From the NCBI GenBank assembly GCA_033442325.1, contig JAWQFM010000017.1, positions 597,391 to 661,390 of the forward strand: DNA of 64,000 bases, given 5' to 3'. Made by a program: the position numbers and the translations under genes. Each line of letters opens with the position of its first letter. Within the stretch, counting starts at the first letter, position 1. This document shows, piece by piece, positions 19,109 through 31,524 of the stretch. The notes beneath the pieces are model-generated. The model did no database searches. It was given only the letters and a program-made list of their open reading frames with translations, and was not told the DNA's origin. This DNA comes from Salpingoeca rosetta. Taxonomy: Eukaryota; Protista; Choanoflagellata.

Positions 19109-21713
19109 ATGGCGAGTGAAAACAAGGTTGCAGACACAAGGCGGAGGCTGGTGTATCCCGTACCCCATGCCCTCGCTATTGGGTCAGGAAACAGCTACAC
19201 ACCTTACAGAGACAACGGCGGTCTACCGGCGCAAGCTCAGCAGCAGCACGTTGACGATGATCACGATGAAGTGGATGATGACGACGATGGTGAGGAGGAG
19301 ATGGCTGTGGACGATGGCGAGGCGCTGGATGCTGCATGGACAACACAGAGTCGGCGGGTGTACGACCGCCTCATGCAGCGCCGACTCTGGCGCGCACTCA
19401 TGTTGTACGGCCGAGATCAGCTGCTCATTGCACAAGCAACACAGCTGCCATCGGTTGCACAAACAGCACCAGCTCCTCCTTTCAACGTCATCGAGGAGCC
19501 CATCGACGTGGGCCTGCTCATTGACAGTTGTCCACAGCTGGGCGAGCTTCTCCTCAACAACATTGAAGACTTCAACCGGCATCTGACGTGAGGGCTAGCG
19601 TGTGTGTTGCTGGTGTACACAATGTTGCTAGCTGCTTTGCGGTTTGTTGTGGCAGCGATGATGCTTTACCGCGCTGATCCAACTAGCCACTTGTGAACCT
19701 GTGACATGATGCGAGGCAGGCTGGCGCTGCGACGTGTGCTCAAAGTGCAGTTTGGACGAGAACCAGGTATGTTGAGGCTGCGCGTGATACACGGCGGTTC
19801 GCGAACTACAACCGAATGCTGTCCTTGCTTGCGTGTCTGATCTCCTTGCTTGCGTGTCTGATCTTGATTGGGTGCTTGCCAAGCGGTGTCCAGGCCATCT
19901 CACTTTCGCATTCATGATTTGGCATGCTAGCACGCAATGTCTTTGTGAAGGCGATCCCCGTCAACATGCCTCTGGTGGACGAATGTACAAGCCTGCACAG
20001 GGGAACCGCTGCACGTAAGTACATGAGCAAGTGAGGGGGGGGAGTTGACGAGAGAACGTGGTACAGAAAGAGGAGCAGAGGGAAAGAGCAGGGAGGATAT
20101 CAGAACGAGTGATAATGTCTACGACGTTTGTACAGCATGCAAGGCTTGCACACACGCACACACACACATACACACTCACACTCACACACAAATATCTGTC
20201 ATCCTTGATTTGGTCATTCAGGGTTGACGGAGGTGACGGTGACCGTAGCGGGGTTGGCAAGGCCGGAGAGCTGCTTGCAGGGAACAGCGTTCTCCTGCAA
20301 GTGCCAAGTACAGTATCGCCTTCCGCACATTGACGTGTTTCCGAGCCGATTCTGCAACACATGTCGCAGCCGCTTGCAGGAGGTGAGACGCAAAAGGACG
20401 GTGTGCCTATTTTGTTTGTGTGTGGGAACTTAAAGGGCAAGGAGACGCGCAGCTTGGGCACAGCATGAGATGTATCATTGTAGCATGGTGAACTGCATGC
20501 GCTCTTCCTTTGGTTGCCAGGATTCCACGAAGCACGTCTTTCAAGGAGCACAACTCCTGCGTGTCGTGGATCCACAGCAGTCTACTGCACAACATTGTCT
20601 ACTCCTTGCAGGTGATTGGTGGATGCTTTGCTGGCTGTGTGTGTGTGTATGAGAGTGAGGATGTACATGTATGCGTGAGTGCATGTGTGTACACTTGTGT
20701 GCGTGTGTGAAATGCGCAATCGCGCGCGTTTGTTGCTTGTCGTGTGCGTGAGCGATGCTGTCTCGCTCACCAACGACCTTCCACAACAACTCGTTGCATC
20801 GGTCTTCATTCAGGCACATCTGTCGGAGCAGTGACACTCGGGGACACTTTGACGGTGCTTTGCCTTCGTGACAAGTTCCAGCCAGCCATCAAGCATGTCT
20901 ACCACCTCGCCGACTTGAATGTGCGTGTTGAAGCATCACACTGCGCTGGACGCTGCTGAGCGAAAGGGCTGCTATGGCGTGTGCTTCTCGAATTCGAAAG
21001 GGTGCCAGTAATGCTGTAGCATGTCTCTGGGTTGTTCGTTCACACGGCATGTTACATTTTCATGTGATCTGTTGGCTTGTTGGCGTAGCCACCATCGTCA
21101 AAGCCGCTGCCTTCGTGGGACCTTGCCCATCTCCAACGTAAGGCGAGTGCATGCATTCGTTGGCTTTGAGAGAGTGAGAGTGAGTGACAGAGTGAGAGAG
21201 TGAGAGAGTGACAGAGTGAGAGAGTGACAGAGTGAGAGAGTGAGAAAGTTGCCACATGCAACGCATCGAGATACATGTTTTCACATGCACACACGCAAGT
21301 TTGCTTGACAACCTTGCTCTCTGTTTTGCCATTGCATTCGCAGAGTGCATGCTCTCCACGCCGTGGACGATGACACTGGCACACAGCGTTGGACTGTCCC
21401 TGCTCCCAGCACACAGTGCCCTCTCTCTCAAGGTGAGCCGCAACTCGAAGGTTGCCATCTTGTGATCGTGCACGGTAATTCTGCACGTCATACGCTATTG
21501 CTTACGAATCGATGTGGTGTATTGCTGCTGGCTCACGTGTTTGCATGGCACAGGTGGCACTGTTGCTGTCTCTCGTTGCTTCAAACATGGACACGGATTC
21601 ATCTTGTCGCGTTCATGTCCTCTGTATCGCAAACTGCAGCCGCATTTGGAAGTGAGTGACCAATTGCCGTCGTGTGTGTGTGTGTGGGTGAGTGTGTGAT
21701 TGTGTGCGTGAGT

Positions 21714-21770
<57 letters not shown>

Positions 21771-22316
21771 TGTGTGTGGGCGTACGCATGTGTGAGTATC
21801 GACGTGTACGCGCGCGTGTGTACATCCATGCATGTGCACGCATGTGTAGGTGGATGTGTATGCCATTGCAAGACGCAAGTGCACAGAAGCCCGCTTCCCT
21901 GTTTCTCGCTTGACCTCATTGCCCGAACGTCCTGCGTTCGCGGTTTGTCCATCGCCCTCCCAAATTGCTCGGCTGCAGATTAGTGCAGCACATGAGCAAG
22001 GACCTGGCGACGACCTCATTCTCCACAGCGCAGCCATACGTGCTCACTGCAAAAAACATGACAGTGCCGCGCACAAGTAGCAAGGCGCCCAATACCAAGT
22101 CTTTCCTTCACGGTCAGGACTACGGAGTGGGAAGCTCTGTGCTTGAGCTTTGGTGTTGGGCAACGTGTCAGGGGTGGAAGGTGGAGGGATACCACAGGAC
22201 CCACGTGTTGCTGCTAACACCAGAATTCATCTCGCTGTAGCCGGTCCACTCTTGGCATCACAGGTTGGCGTCACCGTTGTTTTGGAACCAGCCCAGCTTC
22301 CCCCAAAGCAGGTATG

Positions 22317-22401
<85 letters not shown>

Positions 22402-23987
22402 AACTGTGTGTGTGCGCAACTGTGTGTCAATGTGGAATGCACGAGAATGCACTCTGCGTGCTCCTGCTCACAACACGCCATCTTCCTCGCAGAGAAGCGA
22501 CCTGAAGGACATCATCATGCATGGCCAGCGGACAATTTCCGACGATGCGCTCGGCAGTGAACCCGTAAGGAGGGAACAGATCGATGGAAGGGAGGTGTTG
22601 GTGTGTTGCATTCTCTTGGGCCAAGGCATTGTCAGGTGTTCTATGTCCAGGGTTCTTCAGGTGCATGTCTGCTACAGTTCACCTGGGTCGCTCACAATAA
22701 TAGGAACTGGCCGGCACGGTTCTCCCCGTTGCGACAACAGTCTGGGGTCTTGCAACGACAAGCGTACAGGTGTGGTTGGTGGGAAATTATGGCCCCATGG
22801 GCAAGGGCTACGTTAACCACACAGTGTCCACGCGCCACACGTTCTGTAACACTTGCACAATGTCCACAGCAACATGTGGGTTGCTTCACAAATTCACGTT
22901 GAAACTTCTTGTGTCACAGCCGACGCGCCTGGACGAAGTTGCCGCCGTATTTCCACTCGTGTTCCGCATTGGAGAGCCGAAGGATCGAAGCACCGATTCA
23001 GGTGAGGGTGTGTTGTGCGAAATTTGACCACACACTTGGACCTGTCGCAGCTCTTGCAGCCCATGCTCATTTTCATGCACAGCCAATGCACAGCTCACGC
23101 GTTGCGTGATGATTTCTTTGGTGAATTGCGGGCGCTGTTGCAATAGGGTTGGCAGAATTTGTCCTTCGGCCTCACTTGAAGTCGACGGGCGACAAGCACA
23201 ACGACGACACTCCACAGCCAGAGGTGACACTTGACGAGATGCGGCAGGTACGCAAGTAATGGTTGCAGTGAAAAGTAGTGTGTGCAGTGAGTGCATTTGG
23301 GCGAGTGAGGCTGGTTGCATCGGGTCGAGTGAGGCTGTGTGGAGCAGTCCGCATCCGAGAGAGAACGTGCATCCGAGGACATCCCACGGTCGTGTGGCGT
23401 TGTGTGTTTTGTTTAAGTACACGTTTTTAGGGTCTGCACCTGTCTCAGCATCTCACCTGTGACGAACCTTCACAACAATAACAGCTGCTTGCCAGCGCAC
23501 GAGGCCTTGATGTGCGTGTGTCCGAAGAAGCAGCAAGCCTGATTCGACGATTCTTCATTGCATCGCGAAGGGTGCGAGTTGCTTAGGGTTAGCTGAAATG
23601 ATAAGGAGTGTATGTTGAAGGGCATCTGTCACCGTGTATGCGTGGGCGTTGGCACACAACATCCTCTGAAGCCAAAATACCACTCACCCTCCCTCGCTGC
23701 GCTTTGTGTTTTGGCGAACGCACGTGTTTGCTGCTTCTGGCTTGCGGACTGCTGCAGACACGTCGTGGACACCGGATTCCACAATCCATCTGTAAGGCAG
23801 GATGAGGCGCTCCAAAATGGTTGCTATTTGGAGGGGATGGGGAGAGCGTGACAATTTGTGTGATGTTTTGCTGCAATGCCCTCACATCCGACAATCGTTT
23901 GCTCGCTCGCTCGCTCGCTTGCATGTCGCAGTGAGCACGATGTTGTCACTTGCCAAGTACCACGCTGCGCTCTGCCTTCGCACGGAG

Positions 23988-24067
<80 letters not shown>

Positions 24068-24444
24068 ACGAGTGAGGTGCACGAGTGAGGTGCGCGTGTT
24101 TGTGCGAGCCCAACCATTGTGAGGCGTGGTGCGCTGTGTCTCTTTGCTTCTTAGTAACAGCAGTCCTTCCATCACAACAGCACAAACAGCAGAGGTCTCA
24201 CTTGTCTCGCTGATTCCTTCAACAGGCTGTGCTTGAGGACGCAGTCGTGGCCATTTGGCTGCAGGAGGAATCGCTGATGAGCTCGTCTGGCGGCATGAGC
24301 ATTGTTGGCATGACGACGAGTGATGCTTTGCACTGCGGGCTGAACGCGTTCCAAGGAGCAAACGATGTGGAGCGACTCGGATCTTTTGCTGACCGCATGT
24401 TCCGTTTCTGCGCAAACCTCGTGGACGACGGGGACTTGCACTGA
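19109..24444 (+). CDS. MCMDC2: MCMDC2-like divergent MCM-family protein, many exons
   Basis: MCM N-terminus IDVGLLIDSCPQLGELLLNN; zinc-finger region FSCKC...FCNTC; OB fold VTLGDTLTV; C-terminal VRVSEEAASLIRRFFIASRR, STMLSLAKYHAALCLRTE and AVLEDAVVAIWLQEESL. No intact Walker A or IDEFDKM was seen, which fits MCMDC2 rather than MCM2-9. Confidence 0.72.
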
Positions 24445-24493
24445 CTGGCGCCTGAGCGCTGAGGTGCTGGCTTGTGTGTGCTGTGTGAGAGGG

Positions 24494-24529
<36 letters not shown>

Positions 24530-24538
24530 ATAGGGTGT

Positions 24539-24583
<45 letters not shown>

Positions 24584-24874
24584 CAGAGGACTAGAGGACC
24601 AAATACCTAAATACATCGTTTTCAAAGGGGTTGCAGGAAGAGGAAGCCCACCCTTGTGGTTTCGAGGAATTGCACAAATTAAACAAGTGCGTGTTTTGGT
24701 TTGCTTTTGGTATCGCAAACACAAACCCACACACACACACACAGACACACAAACACAGGACGTCTGTCCTGTCCGCACTCACCTTCACGCGCTCCTCGCA
24801 CATGCACACTGAACCAGCATTCTTGAGGACAGCAAAGCAAGCAAACGGCAACCCAAGCAAGGCCAGCACCCATC

Positions 24875-27800
24875 ATGCCACGGTACTGCGTGTTCATCTC
24901 GCGTCGGTCTGGCGAGGCCCTGGACGAGAGCATGGCACTGAAGGCTGCACTGCAGCGCAGAGGCGTGTCTACACTTTTGCGGACGAATGAACAGGAAGGT
25001 GGTCTTGGTGACACGGGTGTCCCCGAGGCCGTGATTGAAGCGATTGCCGAGTGCGAGATGGTGGTGATCATGGGCACGCGCAAGTACGGTGAGAAGACAG
25101 GCAGCAAGTTCAGCTCGCGCGGAGAACTCGAGCTCATCATGGATGAGAACAAGCCGCTATTTGTGGTGAAGATGTGTGACCGGTTCGAGCACGCCAAGAC
25201 ACGTTTCTTGCTTCCGCCCATCATCGCTCACCATCCATGGCAGCCGCAAGGTGCCGAGCGTACTCAGCCACCAGCTGAGCTCGTGGACGCCATCATCGCC
25301 AAGCTAGTTGGTGCTATTGTTGTCAACTTGAACGATGCTGATAGCAAGCCAGCGCACCCAGGTGACATGCCGACACAGCTTGCCCAACTGGATGATACCC
25401 AGCATGGTGATCTCGTCAACACACTGTACCACCGCGTTGCAGCCATTGACAAGGAGCGCGCCCACAAGATCACAGCTATGCTGCTTGAATCCGAGCCCGA
25501 ACTCGTCACGAGCCTGCTTGACAATGATGCCATCTTGCACGAGCAGGTCGTCCTCGCTCAGGAGGTCCTCTCCGGCAACGCCAAGGTGCCCAACCGTCCG
25601 CAAGTCAACCCTGGCACGTCCCTGTACGTCGGCGACCTCTCGCCCCAGGTGAACGAGACGGAGCTGTTCAACCTCTTCTCCTCCATTGGCAGCGTCATGT
25701 CCGTGCGCGTGTGCCGCGACCAGATCACGCACGGCTCCCTCGGCTATGGCTACGTCAACTTCAACAAGGCCGAGGACGCCGAGGCCGCCATGGGCCAGCT
25801 CAACTTCCACGACTTGCACGGCCGCCACATCCGCATCATGAAGGTCGAGCGCGACCCCAAGAAGCGCCGCTCTGACCCCCGCAACATTGTCGTTACCGGC
25901 CTGCCCGCGGACACCACCAGCGTCCACCTGCGCGACACCTTTGAGCAGTTTGGCAAGATCCTCTCCTGCAAGGCCGTCCTGGACCACAGCGGCCGCTGCC
26001 GCGGCTTTGGCTTTGTGCACTTTGAGGACCCCAAGGTCGCCGAGCGCGCCATTGCCGAGGCCAACGGCAAGGACGCCGGCGGCGACCGCAAGCTGCGCGT
26101 CGCCCCCTTCAAGCCCCGCAAGCAGCGCGAGCAGGAGCAGGAGGAGCGCACCAAGAACTTCACCAACGTCTACGTCAAGTCCCTGCGCCGCGACGCCGAC
26201 GAGGAGGAGCTGGGCAAGCTCTTTGAGCCCTACGGTGACATCACCTCCAAGGCCCTGCGCACCTACAAGCTCAAGGACACGGAGCGCCCCTACGGCTTTG
26301 TCAACTTTGCCGACACCGAGGCCGCCCAGAAGTGCGTCGAGGAGGGCGAGATGCACCAGCGCGACATCTTCTACGTCGACGGCATGGCCTTTGAGGAGGG
26401 CAAGAAGGTCGAGGACTTTGTCAAGACGGTTGAGGAGTGCGCCGGCAGCGAGGTCGAGCGCCACCACCTGCAGGTCGCCGACGGCAAGCTCTCTGGCTTT
26501 ATCCTCTTCAAGGAGCACGGCGAGGAGACGGTCGACAAGGCCATGACGGGCCTTCCTGAGAAGATGGAGGCTGCAACCGACCACATCTCCAAGGCCAAGC
26601 TGTACGTGCAGCGCGCCCAGACGAAGCAGGAGCGCATCCGTCGCCTTCGCCGCAGGCTGCAGGAGCGTCGTCGCGAGCTCCGCCAGCGCGGTGGCAACCT
26701 CTTTGTCAAGAACTTCAACGAGAACGTGACGGAGGAGGACCTGCGCAAGTTCTTTGAGGAGTGCGGCCACGTCATCGACGTCAAGGTGATGCGCGATATG
26801 GAGGGCGTCTCGCGCTGCTTTGGCTTTGTCATCTTTGCCACGCGCGAGGAGGCCGAGTCTGCCATTGCCAAGAAGAACCGCCAGACACTGCAGGACCGCC
26901 CCATCTACGTTGCCTTCCACCTCACACGCCAGGAGCGCTGCAAGCAGCAGCCACAGCACCCACAGCAGGGCGTGTACATGTACCCGCAGTGCCCCCGCAT
27001 GCCCATGGGCGCGTTTGGCCCCGGCTACTACAACCCGCAGATGATGATGGTCAACCCGCAGATGCCGCGCGCCATGAACTTTCCCGCGCAGGCCGGCAAC
27101 CGCGGCGGACCCGTTGGCGGGCCAACCCGCTACATGCAGCAGCAGAACAGGACCATGCCGCCCCAGGCGCAGCAGCAGATGGCGCGCAACCCACAGCAGT
27201 TCCGCCAGCGGTTTGCCGGGCAGCAGCAGATGCCGCCACAGCAGCAGATGCAGCAGATGCAACAAGAGGCGCCCCAGGGCCAGCAGGCCCAGCAGCAGAT
27301 GCAGCTGCCACAGGACGTGACGTCGCAGCTTGCGCACATGGACGAGGAGCAGCGCCGCCGGTACCTCGGCGACATGCTGTACCACCGCGTCGCAAGCATT
27401 AACAAGGAGCGCGCGCCCAAGATCACGGGCATGCTGCTTGCGTACGACGCCGGCCACCTAATGAACCTGCTGGTCAGCGACGCGGCCCTTCGCGAGCAGG
27501 TCGTGCTTGCGCGGAACATTCTCGCCGGCAACACCGGGGCTCCCGCCAAACAGCAGCAGCGCAACCAGCAGCAGCAGCCCGCACAGCAGCAAGCCCAGCA
27601 GCAGGTGCAGCTGCCACAGGACGTGACGTCGCAGCTTGCGCACATGGACGAGGAGCAGCGCCGCCGGTACCTCGGCGACATGCTGTGCCACCGCGTCGCA
27701 AGCATTGACAAGGAGCGCGCGCCCAAGATCACGGGCATGCTGCTTGCGTACGACGCCGGCCACCTAATGAACCTGCTGGTCAGCGACGCGGCCCTTCGCG

Positions 27801-29398
27801 AGCAGGTCGTGCTTGCGCGGAACATTCTCGCCGGCAACACCGGGGCTCCCGCCAAACAGCAGCAGCGCAACCAGCAGCAGCAGCCCGCACAGCAGCAAGC
27901 CCAGCAGCAGGTGCAGCTGCCACAGGACGTGACGTCGCAGCTTGCGCACATGGACGAGGAGCAGCGCCGCGGGTACCTCGGCGACATGCTGTACCACCGC
28001 GTCGCAGGCATTGACAAGGAGCGCGCGCCCAAGATCACGGGCATGCTGCTTGCGTACGACGCCGGCCACCTGATGAACCTGCTGGCCAGCGACGCGGCCC
28101 TTCGCGAGCAGGTCGTGCTTGCGCAGAACATCCTCGCCGGCAACACCGGGGCTCCCGCCAAACAGCAGCAGAAGGAGGGCGGGTCAGCATATCTGGCTCA
28201 TTTGGATGAGCAGCAACGTAACATCCTCGTGAACAAACTCTCCATCCGTGTTGCAGCTATCAGCAAGGAGCGAGCACCGAAAATTACAGCCATGCTGCTC
28301 GCTTCCAAGCCTCACCACCTTGTGAGCCTACTTGAGAACGATGTCATCCTTCGTGAGCAAGTTGCGCTTGCCCGTAATATTCTGTCCGACAAGCCTTCAG
28401 CCTTGACTGCTGCTGCGGTCATAGTGGGTGATTCAAGGGATGATGATGATGATGACGATGATGATGATGATGATGATGATAACACCGCCAGGGTGTCAGC
28501 GCAAGATCCGCCAACAGCCGCCGTCGCAATGGGCACCAACAAGTTGGAGATTCAAGCCAGCCATGTGGAACCCTTCAAGTCCAAGACGGAGTTGCAGTCT
28601 GCCTTCCAGTCCCTGACGAAGAAGTTTGTGGACACCCACGCCGATGTTCGTGTGCAACAAGCTGACTCCACCTCCCCGCTCTTTGCTGCCATGGAGTTTG
28701 AGGACGTGGGCAAGCAACCAAACACCCTTCCCATGTGAGTAAACCCTGGATGTACTGGATGCATGTGTGGCTGTGTTCGTGTTAGTGTGCGTGTATGTAT
28801 TAGTGTGCGTTTGTGTTCGTGTGCGTGCGTGTGTCTGCTTGTGTCTGCGTGTGTGTGTGTGTGTCTGCGTGCATGTATTCATGTGTGTGAGTGTGTATGT
28901 GTGTGTCTGCGTGCATGTATTCATGTGTGTGCGTGTGCCTCGTTCGTTTGCTCTCGTGCTTTGCTGACGCGTTTGTGTTAATCATCTCTTCTCATACATT
29001 GCCACCATCGCAGCAACCCCAACGTGCTCAAGGCGGCCCGTGCCATGCAGTACAAGAAGCCCTCCAAGATCCAGTCCACCGCCCTTCCCCTTCTCCTGAA
29101 GAACCCGTACGTTGCGCCTCTCCCTGTGCGAACGCTACGCCGTGCCCTGTGATCTCGCTCCGTCCCCCACCACGTCGTATTGCTCGTGCATGTGCTTGTT
29201 GTGTCAAGCGCCACTCACCGTGCTTGCCCGTGGCCATTCAAATGCTACAGGCCAGAGAACCTTGTGTTCCAGTCTCAGCCCGGTACCGGCAAGACTGCCG
29301 CGTTCACCATGAACGTGCTCACGCGTGTGGACCCCACCAAAAAATTCACCCAGGTGCGATGCGCGGAGCCGCTGAATGCCAACACGCTTCCTTCCTTC

Positions 29399-29429
<31 letters not shown>

Positions 29430-30009
29430 CCTTGCTTGCTTCCTTTCTTCCTTCACTTGCTTCCTTCCTTGCTTACCCATAGCATGCCTTTCCCCCTCAC
29501 GCACATATTCATGCATCATTTTCCACCATACACGTATGCACTCACATACATCCGCGCATCATGCTCAACCTTGCATGCAGGCCCTGTACGTGTCATCAAT
29601 GTTGCAATTGTGCTTCCAGACATCGCAGGTGATTGAGGCGCTTGCCCAGTTCACGGGTGTCGAGGTTGGCCTGCTGTTCAGCTCACGCGATGCCGACGCC
29701 ACGCAGCAAGTCGGCAACGTTGCTGACGAGCGCGGGCTTGCCAAGCAGCAGGTGCTGTGCTGCACCATCAAGAAGCTGGTCAGCTCCATGCGCACCAACC
29801 GCAACGTGAGCGCCAAGAACGTGCGCATCCTCGTTGTGGACGAGGCCGATGCCATGCTGGGGAGCGCTGAAAACTTCAAGCTCCTCAAGACCCTCAAGAA
29901 GTACGATTGTGTGTGTGTGTGTGTGCGTGCGTGCGTGCGTGTGTAAACGTGTGCCTGTGTGTGCGCGCGTGTGCGTGTGCGTGCGTGCTTGCGTGTGTAA
30001 ACGTGTGTT

Positions 30010-30040
<31 letters not shown>

Positions 30041-31133
30041 CTCTCTCCCTCTGTGCTGTGTGTAAAGTTGATATTGGCTTGCGTTCCCGTCGGTGTTTCT
30101 GCAGCGCGCACACCTTCGATCTTGCTCTGCTCACCATCAATCCCCCTCCCCCACCCCTCACTCTTCCGTTCCACTGCTTTTGCTGTTGCAGGATGCTGCC
30201 CCCCAACGTGCAGGTGATTATGCTGTCTGCCACCTTCCCCGACCAGGTGATGGGCATCGCGCACGAGGTTGCGCCCAACGCGAACATCATCACCATCCCG
30301 CGGGAGGAGGTGACGGTGAAGGACATCAACCAGCTGTACATCAGCACCCCGAGCTTCGACCGCAAGATTGACGCCCTCCTCGCCATCTACGAGTCCCTCG
30401 ACGTCAAGCAGGTTTGTTCCCACTGCGGTCTTGTGTGTACGTGTGTGTCTGTGTGTATGTGTGTATGTCTGTGTGTGTATGTCTGTGTGCACGTGCGCGT
30501 GATAGCCTGCTTTGTTTGTCCGTTGGTTTGTCCCTTTGTTCGTTTGGTTGGTTCTTTTGTTCGGCAGTTCGTTTCCTGTGTTTCTTGTTTTTTTTTGTCC
30601 TTGCTTTGTTAGGTTCGAATGCTGTGTCATGTTGCATGCCTTGTCACATTCCCTTGTGTGGACTGCTGCGTTGTGTTGTTGCTCCCACTCATGACCACCG
30701 CCATGATCACCATACAACCTCAGACGATTGTGTTTTGCAACACGAAGCGAGCTGTGGAGGAGGTGACGCGCATCATGCGGGAAGAGGGTCACCGCGTGTG
30801 CACCATCAGCAGCAACCTCACCAAGAGCGAGCAGCTTGCACAGCTGGACCGTTTCCTCAGCGGCCTCGACAACCTCCTCGTCGCAACAGATATGCTGTCC
30901 CGTGGCATTGACATCCCCCAGATTTCCGTCGTCATCAACTTTGATGTGCCCATCCGCTTTGGCGACGGCGGTGACTATGCTGGTCCCGGCTACAAGACGT
31001 ACGCCCATCGCATTGGCCGCCTCGGCTGCTTCCGTGGTGGTGGCGCGGCAATCACCTTCGTCCAGACCAGGTATGTGCGTGTGTGTCTGTGTGTGTGTGT
31101 CTGTGTGTGTCTGCGTGTGTGTGTGTGTGTGTC

Positions 31134-31165
<32 letters not shown>

Positions 31166-31454
31166 CTTGTGTTGGTGGTCGAGGCACCTGTCTTCTCTCC
31201 ATCCACCTCTGCGCTTCTGTTATCATGGTTGTTGTTGTTTCCAAAGCCCTGCTGTTTTGTTTTGTCTGCTGTCACCTTCGCGTGCTCATACCCACTTACC
31301 CCATGTCCTCCTCCTCCTCCTCCTCCTCCTCCTCCTCCTCAACAACAACAACAACAACAACAACAACCACAACGACCACCACTACTACGACGACCACCAC
31401 TACAACGACTTAAACAGCTTAAACAACTTAAACAGAACAACAACAACCACAACG

Positions 31455-31488
<34 letters not shown>

Positions 31489-31490
31489 CT

Positions 31491-31524
<34 letters not shown>

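Noticed and set aside
25304-27457. 717-aa antisense ORF (also 2851-4011, 33245-34816 and 39848-41368)
   Set aside because: Shadow ORFs caused by strong codon bias on the opposite coding strand; no recognisable motifs.
28400-29100. PABP-like and DDX19-like parts as two separate genes
   Set aside because: There is no stop between them. The apparent stop at 28736-28738 lies inside a gtgagt donor, and splicing restores the DDX19 Q-motif region in phase. An internal start near 28529 cannot be excluded without transcripts.
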